From IMG/VR virus record IMGVR_UViG_643348570_000002: a stretch of DNA of 64,000 nucleotides; one strand, 5' to 3'. Under the pieces are notes generated by a model, which had not been told where the DNA came from, did not search any database, and worked only from the letters and a program-made list of their open reading frames with translations. The position numbers were made by a program, and so were the translations under genes. Origin of the DNA: an uncultured virus (IMG/VR IMGVR_UViG_643348570_000002) (taxonomy: Duplodnaviria; Heunggongvirae; Uroviricota; Caudoviricetes). Of the stretch, positions 46,740 to 55,660 are shown in pieces; within the stretch, counting starts at the first letter, position 1; every line of letters starts with the position of its first letter.

Positions 46740-48356
46740 CTAGGAAAGACGCCGCTGCAGCGCCACACGATAGCTGAAGGGCGCAACCTCATCGACCGTC
46801 ACCACGTCTCCGGCGCGCGCGCCATTCCGCTCGAAGAATTCCCGGATCCAAGCCCGCTTGCGGAAGAACTTCTTCGAGCCGTCGAGGTCGGTCATGACCA
46901 CTGCGCCACCGCCCCACTCGACGGCAATCTCGCGCTGGGCGGCGGAGGCACGGTTCGATCCGCCGATTGCATCGGTCGGAAATTTCTCGAAGAAACTCCT
47001 CAGGTAGATGTGGTTGTGATCAATGTTGGCCTGCCTGATTTCGGTTGAGCCGATGTGGCGCGCGGCATGCTGGCGCGGGCTCACGCCTGCCGGCATCGGT
47101 GCTGCCACGGGCTCGGTCGCCACAGTCACGATGACGTCCTCGACCTCGATCAGATCGAAGTCTTCATCATCCGAATGCTGGATCCGCGCAGCCTGAACAA
47201 GACTCTGCGTACGAACGGGCCGGACGCCCTCGGCATGCAAGACCACTTCCGCTGCCGCGCGAGCATCTTCGCCTGCATCATGGTGCTCGAACACGAGGCC
47301 AAGGTGCTGCTTGAGGCTGGCAAGGCCATGCCCGCCGTTGCCCCGCAACTCGGGCCAGGCGGCGCGGGCAACATGGACGCTGTCGCGCCACTCCCACTGC
47401 GGGATCGGCAGACAGCAGTTGATGCAGGCGGCGGCCACCGCGCTGCGGTCAAAGCCCGAGTGCTGATAGATTGTCGCGCCGTTCAGGGCATCCTGGAGCA
47501 CCGGAAGAACCTCGGAAAATGTCGGAGCGCCCTGCACCGTGCGGGCGCTGATCCCGTGCAGATAGGTGAAGACCCAGCGATCCACCTGCGGATCGACATA
47601 GGTCACCCAGGTTTCGATGGAGCTGTCGGGACGCACGCAGGCAACGCCGATCTGGCAGATGCTGCCACGGTCATGGTTCGCGGTTTCGACATCCAGCGCG
47701 AAGAAGCGGAACGGGCCCTTGGGAAAGGGCGTGACATTTGCCTGCCTGATCGGAGCGGGCTTCGGTGCTGGCGCCGCGACAGGACCAACCATCGCGGAAA
47801 GGAAACGCAGGCGCTGCCGTTCGATGGCCCCCAGTTCCCGCACGCCCCATCCAAGGCGGCGCAGCGTGGCCTCGACCAGATCAACCGGTTCGCCATAGGC
47901 CTGCATCCGGCGCCGGTTCCAGGCGATGGCGTGGTCGGGCGCAAGGGAAAGCACCTCGGCCTCCAGCCGCGCGATATCCACCGTGTCAGGCAAAGGCAGC
48001 CAGACCGCGCGGCAGTGATCGACGACGAACTCGTTGCGCAGCGCCTTGGCGATATCACCATCGGCCTTGGTCAGCGCATCCTCGCGGTCGCGCCACATCC
48101 TGCCGGTGTTATACATCATCGAGAAGTAGTGACTCGTGTTCTCGGAGCCGGTCCGATGGCGCCTATGGATCCTCTTGTAGAGGGTCTCGGCGGCGGAACT
48201 GGTCGAACCGATGTAGCGAAGATCACCATGGTGGTCGACGAGGCCGTAAAGGCCGCGCGCATCACGAGGCGCCTCAACGGTCGGGCGGGGCGCCGCTTCG
48301 AGAAGGACGGAAAGCAGGTCTTCGGCAGAGAAACGCATCATCAAACTCCGGATCAC
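46740..48356 (-). CDS. GIY-YIG-like nuclease fused to a DEDDh 3'-5' exonuclease and a C-terminal beta domain
   Basis: GLY-N9-YIG; ALDVETAN, HSGFD and HHDAGEDA motifs. Confidence 0.8.
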   Translation of the reverse strand: MIRSLMMRFSAEDLLSVLLEAAPRPTVEAPRDARGLYGLVDHHGDLRYIGSTSSAAETLYKRIHRRHRTGSENTSHYFSMMYNTGRMWRDREDALTKADGDIAKALRNEFVVDHCRAVWLPLPDTVDIARLEAEVLSLAPDHAIAWNRRRMQAYGEPVDLVEATLRRLGWGVRELGAIERQRLRFLSAMVGPVAAPAPKPAPIRQANVTPFPKGPFRFFALDVETANHDRGSICQIGVACVRPDSSIETWVTYVDPQVDRWVFTYLHGISARTVQGAPTFSEVLPVLQDALNGATIYQHSGFDRSAVAAACINCCLPIPQWEWRDSVHVARAAWPELRGNGGHGLASLKQHLGLVFEHHDAGEDARAAAEVVLHAEGVRPVRTQSLVQAARIQHSDDEDFDLIEVEDVIVTVATEPVAAPMPAGVSPRQHAARHIGSTEIRQANIDHNHIYLRSFFEKFPTDAIGGSNRASAAQREIAVEWGGGAVVMTDLDGSKKFFRKRAWIREFFERNGARAGDVVTVDEVAPFSYRVALQRRLS

Positions 48357-49327
48357 ATCGACATCAGCTGGTGGAGTTCGATGCGCTTCCAGTCACGCCC
48401 GGAAACGATACCCCAGTTGCCCGCCTCATTCGGACGGCGCCAGCGCGGGGTGGCCATCCTCTGCAGGGCCGACAGCGCCTCGGCGAAGGAGGGGTGCGAA
48501 ACCTCCCCACCCTTCGGACCGACCATGAACTTGCCGCCGCGCGCGAGACCCGGATGGAAGAAGCTGCCGTCTGCGGCGACCGGCACGAACACCACCTCGT
48601 CAGAGAAGTCCGGGCTCGGCGCTTCCGGCCTCGCTTCGTCGGGCTGCTGCCAGATCGAGGCAAAGAACTCCTTGCGACCCTTGAGCCACGCGGCTGCGCT
48701 GACGGCCGTCACGCGCTGGCCGACCTTTTCCAGACCGCCATCGCCGCTGGAGAGGATGTTCCGAATCCGGCCCTCCGTGACGCCGCCGAACAAGGCGAGC
48801 GACTGCAGATCGACCTCCCCTTCACCGGTATCGATGGCGTGGCGCGAAAGCGCGAGACTGATGATCCGGGCGATCACCCCCTGTGGCTCGGGCTGGGCCA
48901 CCTGCTGGAACTGGTCAAGCTGCCGAGCAAGCGCATCAACCCAAGGCTTGCGGGCATCGAACGGAACATCAGCCGGCAGCACACCGTAGAGGCCGTAGAT
49001 CCCTGCGTTGTCGATCAGCTTCGTACCAGTCCAGTGCGGGGTCAGGACCGGGTCGTAGGTCTCGAACGCCTCGCGCCAGGTCTCGCCTTCGACATCGGGT
49101 CCGTGCAGCATCGCGAAAAGTTGCGGCGCGACTTCCTCGGCGCCAAGGATCATCTCGATCGCGTGGAAGCGCGAGGCCAGAAGGTCGAGAAGCTCAGGGC
49201 CATAGTCCCAGTTCTCCTTGTAGTCGGCGTTCTCGCTGCTGAAGTATCCGGCCAGCTCGCGCTGGAACCATGTCTCGCGGCGATCATCCGCCGTCATCGT
49301 CTCAGGGGTAAGGGCGGGCATGTTCAT
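48353..49327 (-). CDS. Hypothetical protein with a central HTH
   Basis: LQSLALFGGVTEGRIRNILS; AAGGA RBS; ATGA-coupled to the nuclease. Confidence 0.65.
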   Translation of the reverse strand: MNMPALTPETMTADDRRETWFQRELAGYFSSENADYKENWDYGPELLDLLASRFHAIEMILGAEEVAPQLFAMLHGPDVEGETWREAFETYDPVLTPHWTGTKLIDNAGIYGLYGVLPADVPFDARKPWVDALARQLDQFQQVAQPEPQGVIARIISLALSRHAIDTGEGEVDLQSLALFGGVTEGRIRNILSSGDGGLEKVGQRVTAVSAAAWLKGRKEFFASIWQQPDEARPEAPSPDFSDEVVFVPVAADGSFFHPGLARGGKFMVGPKGGEVSHPSFAEALSALQRMATPRWRRPNEAGNWGIVSGRDWKRIELHQLMSM

Positions 49328-49338
49328 GGCGCTGTCCT

Positions 49339-49527
49339 TCAAGCGTGCAGGCGGCGGATCAGGGCGCGGAGGTTATGGCGTGCGCGGTGATCGGAGGGGG
49401 TAGAGGCCGCAATGAGGAACCCTCTTTCGAAGTGAAGAGCGTAGTGGCCGCCGCGCGGCTCGATCCCGAGCAGGTCGACACCTTCTGCGCGGCACAGCTG
49501 CTGATACTCTCTGACGACCTTGCGCAT
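49339..49527 (-). CDS. Small HicA-like protein
   Basis: 62 aa, basic; GGHY...ASTPSD.R...N motif; GGAG RBS. Confidence 0.55.
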   Translation of the reverse strand: MRKVVREYQQLCRAEGVDLLGIEPRGGHYALHFERGFLIAASTPSDHRARHNLRALIRRLHA

Positions 49528-49539
49528 GCGGCAATCTCC

Positions 49540-49592
49540 GTGAAATCATCTTTGTTGTTTCACTTATATGCACTACATGCCGTCCATGTCAA
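49540..49592 (-). promoter_or_regulatory. Sigma70-like promoter with a downstream palindromic operator
   Basis: TTGACA-18-TATAAG followed by GTGAAA-N12-TTTCAC. Confidence 0.65.
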
Positions 49593-49870
49593 TGGTGTGC
49601 ATTCACGTTTCACTCTATTTGCCTATCCAGCTTGCCTTTGCCTGCGAAGGCCTACTACTGGATTGCTTTTACTACTTTTTCTACCAATCCCCTTGGACGC
49701 CACAGGAAGCAGAAGACAGCGCTGAGCTGCCATGCACCTCACCTAGCCTAGGGCTCATCTCCGTGATGACGGCATCCGAACCCTTCTCACCGCCCCGCTT
49801 CTGCAAGGCTGCTTCCGTTCGCGGGCGGGGGGACCGGTAACGGATCCTTCAGAACACCATCAAGACCGAT

Positions 49871-49885
49871 GTTCATGTCTTGTTC
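49871..49885 (+). promoter_or_regulatory. Alphaproteobacterial LexA (SOS) box
   Basis: GTTC-ATGTCTT-GTTC, an exact GTTC-N7-GTTC, abutting TATAAG. Confidence 0.75.
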
Positions 49886-50027
49886 TATAAGCTGCTCTCC
49901 GACAAACTGGCACTAAACCAGAAAGCGAGTCGCGCTGGGCCGACGCACGCGTCCAAGACCGATGACCGCGCCGTGCCGCGCGCCAGATTTGGCGTGCCTA
50001 GTAAGAGGTTGAAATTGGGGAGGAAAC

Positions 50028-50633
50028 ATGAGGTTACCGCAAAGGGAATACTACACAGTCCATGAAGTTTCCACGCGCTGGGGCTGCACCATCGCCGACA
50101 TAGCCGGCTGGTCATCCAAGGGGCGTCTGGACATCGTCACCGGCATCCCGCCGGTCACCTGCGGGGGTGACATCGTCGCTGGCGAGGTCGTCGTCTCGGC
50201 CTTCGACATCCTGCCGATGTTCCGCCGCTGCGGGACCGGGCCGCAGTCGGCATTCGTCCGTCGCGTCCGGTCCAACGGCTCGACCGACTGGTCGCTGATC
50301 ACCGACCCCGCGGCGGGTGTCGAGGTCTCGATCGCGGATCTGCTGATCACCGGCCAGCAGGTCCAGAAGTTCGAGGACGACCACGAGCTGATGCGGCGGA
50401 TCGCGGGTGGCGCAGGTTCGACGTCGCCCTACGATTGGGACGGCATGATGAGCGCGCTGATCGTGAGGGTCCACGAGAAGGGCCTGCCTGCCACCCAGTC
50501 GGAACTGATCGAGGACATGCAGGCATGGTTCGCCGAACAGTCGGACGACGGCCAGTTCCCGGACGAACGCTCGATCCGGCGCCGCATCAGCGCGGTCTGG
50601 AAGACACTGTCGCAGATGCGCCAGAGCGCCTGA
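50028..50633 (+). CDS. Hypothetical DNA-binding regulator
   Basis: 201 aa; N-terminal YYTVHEVSTRWGC wHTH-like motif and C-terminal PDERSIRRRI; GGGAGG RBS. Confidence 0.7.
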   Translation: MRLPQREYYTVHEVSTRWGCTIADIAGWSSKGRLDIVTGIPPVTCGGDIVAGEVVVSAFDILPMFRRCGTGPQSAFVRRVRSNGSTDWSLITDPAAGVEVSIADLLITGQQVQKFEDDHELMRRIAGGAGSTSPYDWDGMMSALIVRVHEKGLPATQSELIEDMQAWFAEQSDDGQFPDERSIRRRISAVWKTLSQMRQSA

Positions 50634-50657
50634 CGTCACGGACGCAGGCGGCGCCCG

Positions 50658-51935
50658 TCACGCGGACTTCCGGTCGCTGTCACGATCCCCCTGCCCATCC
50701 CGATCATGGACCAGCGTGGGCTTGGGACGGAACACGCTGGCCACCGCATCGACGCCCGCGCGGAGCGGTCCCTCCATCAGATGGGCATATCGCTGGGTCG
50801 TCTGCATCTGGGTGTGCCCCAGCAGCTTGCCGATCATCTCGAGCGAGGCGCCGCCGCTGACGAGCAGCGAAGCAAAGGTGTGCCGCAGGTCATGGATGCG
50901 GACGCCCTCGATCTGGGCCTCCTTCTGGATCCGGATCCAGAAGCGCCGAATTTCCTTCACGGGCTGGCCCGGTACATCGCCGGGGAACAGCCAGGGGCTG
51001 CCCTTCGGGACCAGCAGCCGCCGCTGGCGCACGATGGCCGACACATCCTCGGAAATCGGCACGCGGTGCACGCGACGCTGCTTGGTGGTGGCCGCCGGTT
51101 TCGACCAGAGGCAATGCTCCAGATCGAACTGCTCGAACCGGGACTGCCGGACCTCGCCCACCCGGGCGCCGGTCAGCATGCAGATCCGGATGATGCCCGC
51201 CGCGCGCTGATCCTCCGCCGCGTCCAGCGCCTTGGCCAGCCGGTCGATCTCGTCCTTCGACAGGAAGCGCTCGCGCGGGTTCTCGATCCGGCGAAAGAAG
51301 CCGTTCGCCGGGTTGTCCGTGCGCCAGCCCCACTCGATGGCGAGGTTGAACATCTTGCGCAGCACCTCACCGACGCGGTTGGCGCGCACCGGCGTGGGCT
51401 TCGGGCCCTGCAGCTTGCGGGCGCGGTTGTTGGGCTTCGCCTTGCTCGGCCGGGCGCGCCCCTCGGCGATCTGCGCCAGCAGCTTCTCGACATCGGGCTT
51501 GGTGATCTCGGTCACGAGCTTCCGGCCCCAGTACGGCGCGACCAGCTTGGCCAGCATCGACTTCTGATCGGCCGCGCTCACGGGCGCGAGGCGGGGAACG
51601 TGTTCCTTCAGGTAGCGGTCGATCAGATCCTGAAACCGCGGCGCCTCGCGCCGCCGGGAACGCTCGCCGAGTGGATCGCCTCCGGCATCGACCATGCGGC
51701 GCAGCTCCCTGGCGCGCTCGCGGGCCGCAGTGACTGACCATTCGGGCCAGCGGGCGAAGGTCATCCGACGCTGACGCCCGTCGACGCGGTAGTCGAAGGT
51801 GAAGGCTCGCCCGCCCCCGCGATAGATGCAGACGGCAAATCCGCGAATGTCGGCATCGAAGATCTGATAGTCCCGCCCCGGCACCGGAACGGCATCGCGC
51901 AGGATCTTCTCTGTCAGACGTTCGCGGTTCGGCAT
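50658..51935 (-). CDS. int: P4-like tyrosine integrase with arm-binding domain
   Basis: TGAR, RIHDLRHTFAS and LLGH...TQRYAH motifs. Confidence 0.93.
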   Translation of the reverse strand: MPNRERLTEKILRDAVPVPGRDYQIFDADIRGFAVCIYRGGGRAFTFDYRVDGRQRRMTFARWPEWSVTAARERARELRRMVDAGGDPLGERSRRREAPRFQDLIDRYLKEHVPRLAPVSAADQKSMLAKLVAPYWGRKLVTEITKPDVEKLLAQIAEGRARPSKAKPNNRARKLQGPKPTPVRANRVGEVLRKMFNLAIEWGWRTDNPANGFFRRIENPRERFLSKDEIDRLAKALDAAEDQRAAGIIRICMLTGARVGEVRQSRFEQFDLEHCLWSKPAATTKQRRVHRVPISEDVSAIVRQRRLLVPKGSPWLFPGDVPGQPVKEIRRFWIRIQKEAQIEGVRIHDLRHTFASLLVSGGASLEMIGKLLGHTQMQTTQRYAHLMEGPLRAGVDAVASVFRPKPTLVHDRDGQGDRDSDRKSA

Positions 51936-52559
51936 CGTCAGTGGCCCTCTTCTCGTCTCCATGACGCGTGAATCCAGCGCGATAGCAAGGCAATCATGGC
52001 CGGTGCCGAGGCGTCGAGGCAGCGGCCGGCAGTCACCGGCAGTGACGCTGCCAGAGCGGTGCCACCCCAAGATTTGTTGATGATCGGGGCGCGATGCGTC
52101 CGGATTGGCGATCGGCGCTGGGCGCGCGCATCGGCACCGGTTTCCCCACAGAGCGCTGCGTCAGGACGGGATTCTGGCATTTTCCCAATGAAATCAGGCA
52201 CCGGCAGCGGTCCGGCGATCTCGCTGCCGGTGATTGCCGGTCAGTGCCACCCTGCCACCCCCTGAAACTCCCCCCGAAATCCCCCAAGGCCCCGGAATTT
52301 CGGGGGGTTCCGGCTCGATCAGTGGGTTCAGGCGCACCGGCGCCGGGCCTCCGGAGCCGCGCCAGATGTTTGCAAGCCTTGCTGCACCGCAGCATGGCCC
52401 GCACCCGAAGTCGCGCAAACCCAATAAAACAAGGGGTGGCACGGCCCTCGCAAATCCACTGCCGGTGACTGCCGGTCACTGCCTTCCTGCCACCCCTGCC
52501 CGTCTGTCCCTGCTGTCTCCGACACCTGCCCGCATCGGGCGACACTCGGGAGAGCAGAC

Positions 52560-52817
52560 ATGAAACAGACCGAACCCCTCACCTCGGGCCCCATGCAGGG
52601 CGCCTCAGGAGCGATCCTGGCGGGATGGATCAGCCGGGGCGAACTGGCCCGCGAGCTCGGCCTGACCGAGGACACGCTGCGCCGCTGGGAAGATCGCCGC
52701 ATCGGCCCGGTCTGCGTCCGCGCCGGTCGCCGGGTCTATTACCGCCGCACGGCGGTGCAGGACTGGCTCGCCGCGCAGGAAGCCGCGAAACAGGCGCGCG
52801 GGCGGGGGCACAGATGA
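52560..52817 (+). CDS. AlpA/Xis-like HTH protein
   Basis: ELARELGLTEDTLRRW...GP...GRRVYY. Confidence 0.85.
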   Translation: MKQTEPLTSGPMQGASGAILAGWISRGELARELGLTEDTLRRWEDRRIGPVCVRAGRRVYYRRTAVQDWLAAQEAAKQARGRGHR

Positions 52818-53065
52818 TGACGCCCGCTTCATCCCCCTGGCCAAGGGCCCGCGTACTCGAGGCCCGCGCCGTCATCGCCGACGTCGCGCATCACTCGGAC
52901 CACCTGGTCCGGCTCGCGTGCAACGTGCTGAGCGCGCATGGCGAGACCGAGGAGGAGCGGCGCGATGCCCGCGCCCTCCTGTTCGTGATCGAGGCCCGGT
53001 GCCCCGGCCGGCATCGCCACGCCCAGCGCGTCGATCACGATGATGCGCCGGAGGTGCGCCGATGA
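52814..53065 (+). CDS. Hypothetical protein
   Basis: ATGA-coupled on both sides. Confidence 0.6.
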   Translation: MMTPASSPWPRARVLEARAVIADVAHHSDHLVRLACNVLSAHGETEEERRDARALLFVIEARCPGRHRHAQRVDHDDAPEVRR

Positions 53066-53457
53066 AGCGCCGTGGCACACCCGAGGCCGATCTGCAGCGC
53101 GCGGTGGTGCAGGCCTTGCGCTTTGCCCTGCCCCGCACGGCCATCATCCACCATTGCGCCAACGAGGTGACCGAGCCCGGGCCACGCGGCGCGAAACGCC
53201 AGGCGATCCTGGTCGGCATGGCAGTCCATCCGGGCTTCGCCGATCTGATGGTGCTCTGCGACGGCCGCGTGCTGTTCTTCGAGCTGAAATCCCTCAAGGG
53301 GCGGCTCAGCCCGAGCCAGGAGGCGTTTCGCGATGCCGTGCTGGCGCAGGGCCATGGCTGGGCGCTGGTGCGCTCGCTCGACGACGCGCTGGGCGCGCTG
53401 GCAGACCATGGCTTCACCACGCGCGTTGCGACTCCGTTGCGGAGGCCCGCGCCATGA
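53062..53457 (+). CDS. VRR-NUC domain nuclease
   Basis: EADLQ, GFADL, FFELK and GRLSPSQ (PD-(D/E)xK). Confidence 0.88.
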   Translation: MKRRGTPEADLQRAVVQALRFALPRTAIIHHCANEVTEPGPRGAKRQAILVGMAVHPGFADLMVLCDGRVLFFELKSLKGRLSPSQEAFRDAVLAQGHGWALVRSLDDALGALADHGFTTRVATPLRRPAP

Positions 53458-54491
53458 GCCACGAAGCCACCAACTGGGCCATCAAGCAGCGCGGGCTGAA
53501 GCCCACCACCAAGATCGTGCTCTGGCATCTCTGCGACCGGTTCAACCCGGACTACGGCTGCTTCCCCTCGCAGGACCGACTGGCCGAGGATTGCGAGATC
53601 AGCCGGTCGACGCTGAACGCGCATCTGGGCCAGCTCGAGGCGGCAGGTCTCCTGCGCCGTGTCCCGCGCCTGCATCCTGTCACCATGCGGCAGATGCCGA
53701 CCCGCTACATTCTGGGCTTCGAGCCGGGCTTCACACCGCATGTGCCAGACCCGTGTCCGGAAACCGGACATGGAAACCAGGACGACAGAGAAACCTGTGC
53801 AGAACCAGCGCCTTTCGAGGACGATGTGGAGACAGAGACCGAGCCGTGTCCAGAAACCGGACACGGGTGTGAGGCCCGACCCGTGTCCGATTTTCGGCCT
53901 GACCCGTGTCCGGAAAATGCCGAAAGCCGTGTCCGGAATCCGGACACTAACCCTGTAAGGGAACCTCTAAGTGAACCAGTAAAGGAGGAGGAGGGCGCGC
54001 GGGCGCGCGAGGCGATCTCCGAGGATTTCTTCGCCGAGCTGATCCGGGCGCTGGGGCTGGACCCGACCGCCCTGCCCGGCTGGTGGCAGGGCTGGCCGCC
54101 GCGCGAACATGTCCGCCGCTGGCGCGACGATCTGGGTCTAGACGAGGACGCGATCCTCGCCGTGGCCGAGGTCTCGCGGCGCGATCACCCCGAACCGCCC
54201 GATGGGCCCAAGGCGCTCGATCGCGCCATGCAGCGCGCCGCCCAGCGCCTGAAGCAGACCGGCATGGCGGTCGCAAAGAAGGGCGCTGCGCCTGGCAACG
54301 GCGAGACCCGGCGCCGAAAGCGCGACGAGGGCCCCCAGCCCAGCGACGAAGAGCTGGCGGCCTTCTACGCCGAACTGGTGAACTCCGACCGGTTCCTGCC
54401 GCCCAGCACGATCAGCAACACCATGCGCGACGCGATGCTGACCCGCGGACTGGTCACGGTCGAGCGCCTGCGCGCGCGCGGGGTGCGGTGA
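53454..54491 (+). CDS. Replication initiator (N-terminal HTH_36-like)
   Basis: KIVLWHL.D...CFPSQDRLAEDCEISRSTL; internal iterons. Confidence 0.85.
   Translation: MSHEATNWAIKQRGLKPTTKIVLWHLCDRFNPDYGCFPSQDRLAEDCEISRSTLNAHLGQLEAAGLLRRVPRLHPVTMRQMPTRYILGFEPGFTPHVPDPCPETGHGNQDDRETCAEPAPFEDDVETETEPCPETGHGCEARPVSDFRPDPCPENAESRVRNPDTNPVREPLSEPVKEEEGARAREAISEDFFAELIRALGLDPTALPGWWQGWPPREHVRRWRDDLGLDEDAILAVAEVSRRDHPEPPDGPKALDRAMQRAAQRLKQTGMAVAKKGAAPGNGETRRRKRDEGPQPSDEELAAFYAELVNSDRFLPPSTISNTMRDAMLTRGLVTVERLRARGVR
53751..53947. repeat. Five iterons inside rep (origin)
   Basis: CCGTGTCC at 53751, 53844, 53881, 53904 and 53927; three extend to the dyad TGTCC(G/A)GAA(A/T)CCGGACA. Confidence 0.8.
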
Positions 54492-55660
54492 TGGCATGGT
54501 GTCACGTCCCCGGCACGGACTCTCCCTCTGCGCGGGCGGCGGAGGCCTGGATATGGGCCTCATGCTCGCCGAGCCCGGATATCACACCCGCGCCTTCGTC
54601 GAATGGGAGGACTGGCCAAGGGCGGTCCTCATCGCAGCCCAGCGCGCGGGATACTTCGCCCCGGCCCCGATCTGGACCGATCTTCGCAGCTTCGACGGAA
54701 GGCCTTTCCGCGGTGCCTTCGACACCCTGCTTGCAGGATACCCCTGCCAACCCTTCAGCGCAGCCGGAAAACGCGTTGGCGCCGATGATCCTCGGCACCT
54801 CTGGCCCGATGTCGCCCGCGTCATCGGGGAATGCCGCCCCGCATGGGTGTTCCTCGAAAACGTCGCCGGGCACGTCACCCTCGGGCTCGAGACCGTCCTG
54901 CGAGAGCTTTGGGGCATGGGCTACACGCCTGCGGCGGGTCTGTTCTCGGCGGCAGAAGTCGGTGCGCCGCACCAGCGGCTCCGGGTCTTCATCCTGGCCC
55001 ACACCGATGAGCCTGCACCCCGGCACGGCCAGCTACAACCCGGCGGGGAACAGCGACTTCACGCGGAAAGCCGAGGCGCTGGCGCTGGGCATCACCAGCT
55101 GGTCGACACCGAAGGCTACAGATGGCGCGAAGGGCGGGCCGGGGCAGAGCCATGGCTCGGGCAGCACCCCGCCCCTGCCCGCGCAGGCCGCCCAATGGCC
55201 GACGCCAGCGGCGCAGAACTGGAAGGGCAGCTCGGAGGCGAGCATCACCCGCACCGATGGCAAGTCCCGGATGGACATCCTGCACTACCGGGCGGAGCAG
55301 GGCTTCACCCGCCCGGCCCGGGCGATCACGATGCATGGCGCAGGGTCCTCGCCGCACGCCCCGATCTCGCGCCGGCTCTGGGCTTCGATGATTGCCTCGC
55401 ATGGGCGCGCCGGTTGTCGGCGGATCCTGAAGGGCCGGGCAAGGCGGCGGCTGAACCCGCTCTTCGTCGGATGGCTGATGGGCTGGCCCATCGGGCACGC
55501 GCTCTGCGCCTGCTCGGCAACGGAGTTCACCCTCTGGCAGCAGCACATGCGTGGCGCTCTCTCGCAGCTGCCCATGGCCTCGGGCCCGTGGATCTGGCGG
55601 CCGACCGATGCGGCCCAGCGCCCGGCACAGATGGATTTCCTTGAAGGATTGCAGCCATGA
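54491..55660 (+). CDS. Overlapping-frame C5-MTase beta subunit (TRD repeats + motif IX)
   Basis: 389-aa open frame coupled TGATG to rep and ATGA to the next gene; WPTP repeats and RLNPLFVGWLMGWP. Confidence 0.7.
   Translation: MAWCHVPGTDSPSARAAEAWIWASCSPSPDITPAPSSNGRTGQGRSSSQPSARDTSPRPRSGPIFAASTEGLSAVPSTPCLQDTPANPSAQPENALAPMILGTSGPMSPASSGNAAPHGCSSKTSPGTSPSGSRPSCESFGAWATRLRRVCSRRQKSVRRTSGSGSSSWPTPMSLHPGTASYNPAGNSDFTRKAEALALGITSWSTPKATDGAKGGPGQSHGSGSTPPLPAQAAQWPTPAAQNWKGSSEASITRTDGKSRMDILHYRAEQGFTRPARAITMHGAGSSPHAPISRRLWASMIASHGRAGCRRILKGRARRRLNPLFVGWLMGWPIGHALCACSATEFTLWQQHMRGALSQLPMASGPWIWRPTDAAQRPAQMDFLEGLQP
54496..55644 (+). CDS. C5-cytosine methyltransferase alpha subunit
   Basis: SLCAGGGG, GYPCQPFS, FLENV, PHQRLRVF and LLGNGV; no motif IX in this frame. 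Confidence 0.9.
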   Translation: MVSRPRHGLSLCAGGGGLDMGLMLAEPGYHTRAFVEWEDWPRAVLIAAQRAGYFAPAPIWTDLRSFDGRPFRGAFDTLLAGYPCQPFSAAGKRVGADDPRHLWPDVARVIGECRPAWVFLENVAGHVTLGLETVLRELWGMGYTPAAGLFSAAEVGAPHQRLRVFILAHTDEPAPRHGQLQPGGEQRLHAESRGAGAGHHQLVDTEGYRWREGRAGAEPWLGQHPAPARAGRPMADASGAELEGQLGGEHHPHRWQVPDGHPALPGGAGLHPPGPGDHDAWRRVLAARPDLAPALGFDDCLAWARRLSADPEGPGKAAAEPALRRMADGLAHRARALRLLGNGVHPLAAAHAWRSLAAAHGLGPVDLAADRCGPAPGTDGFP

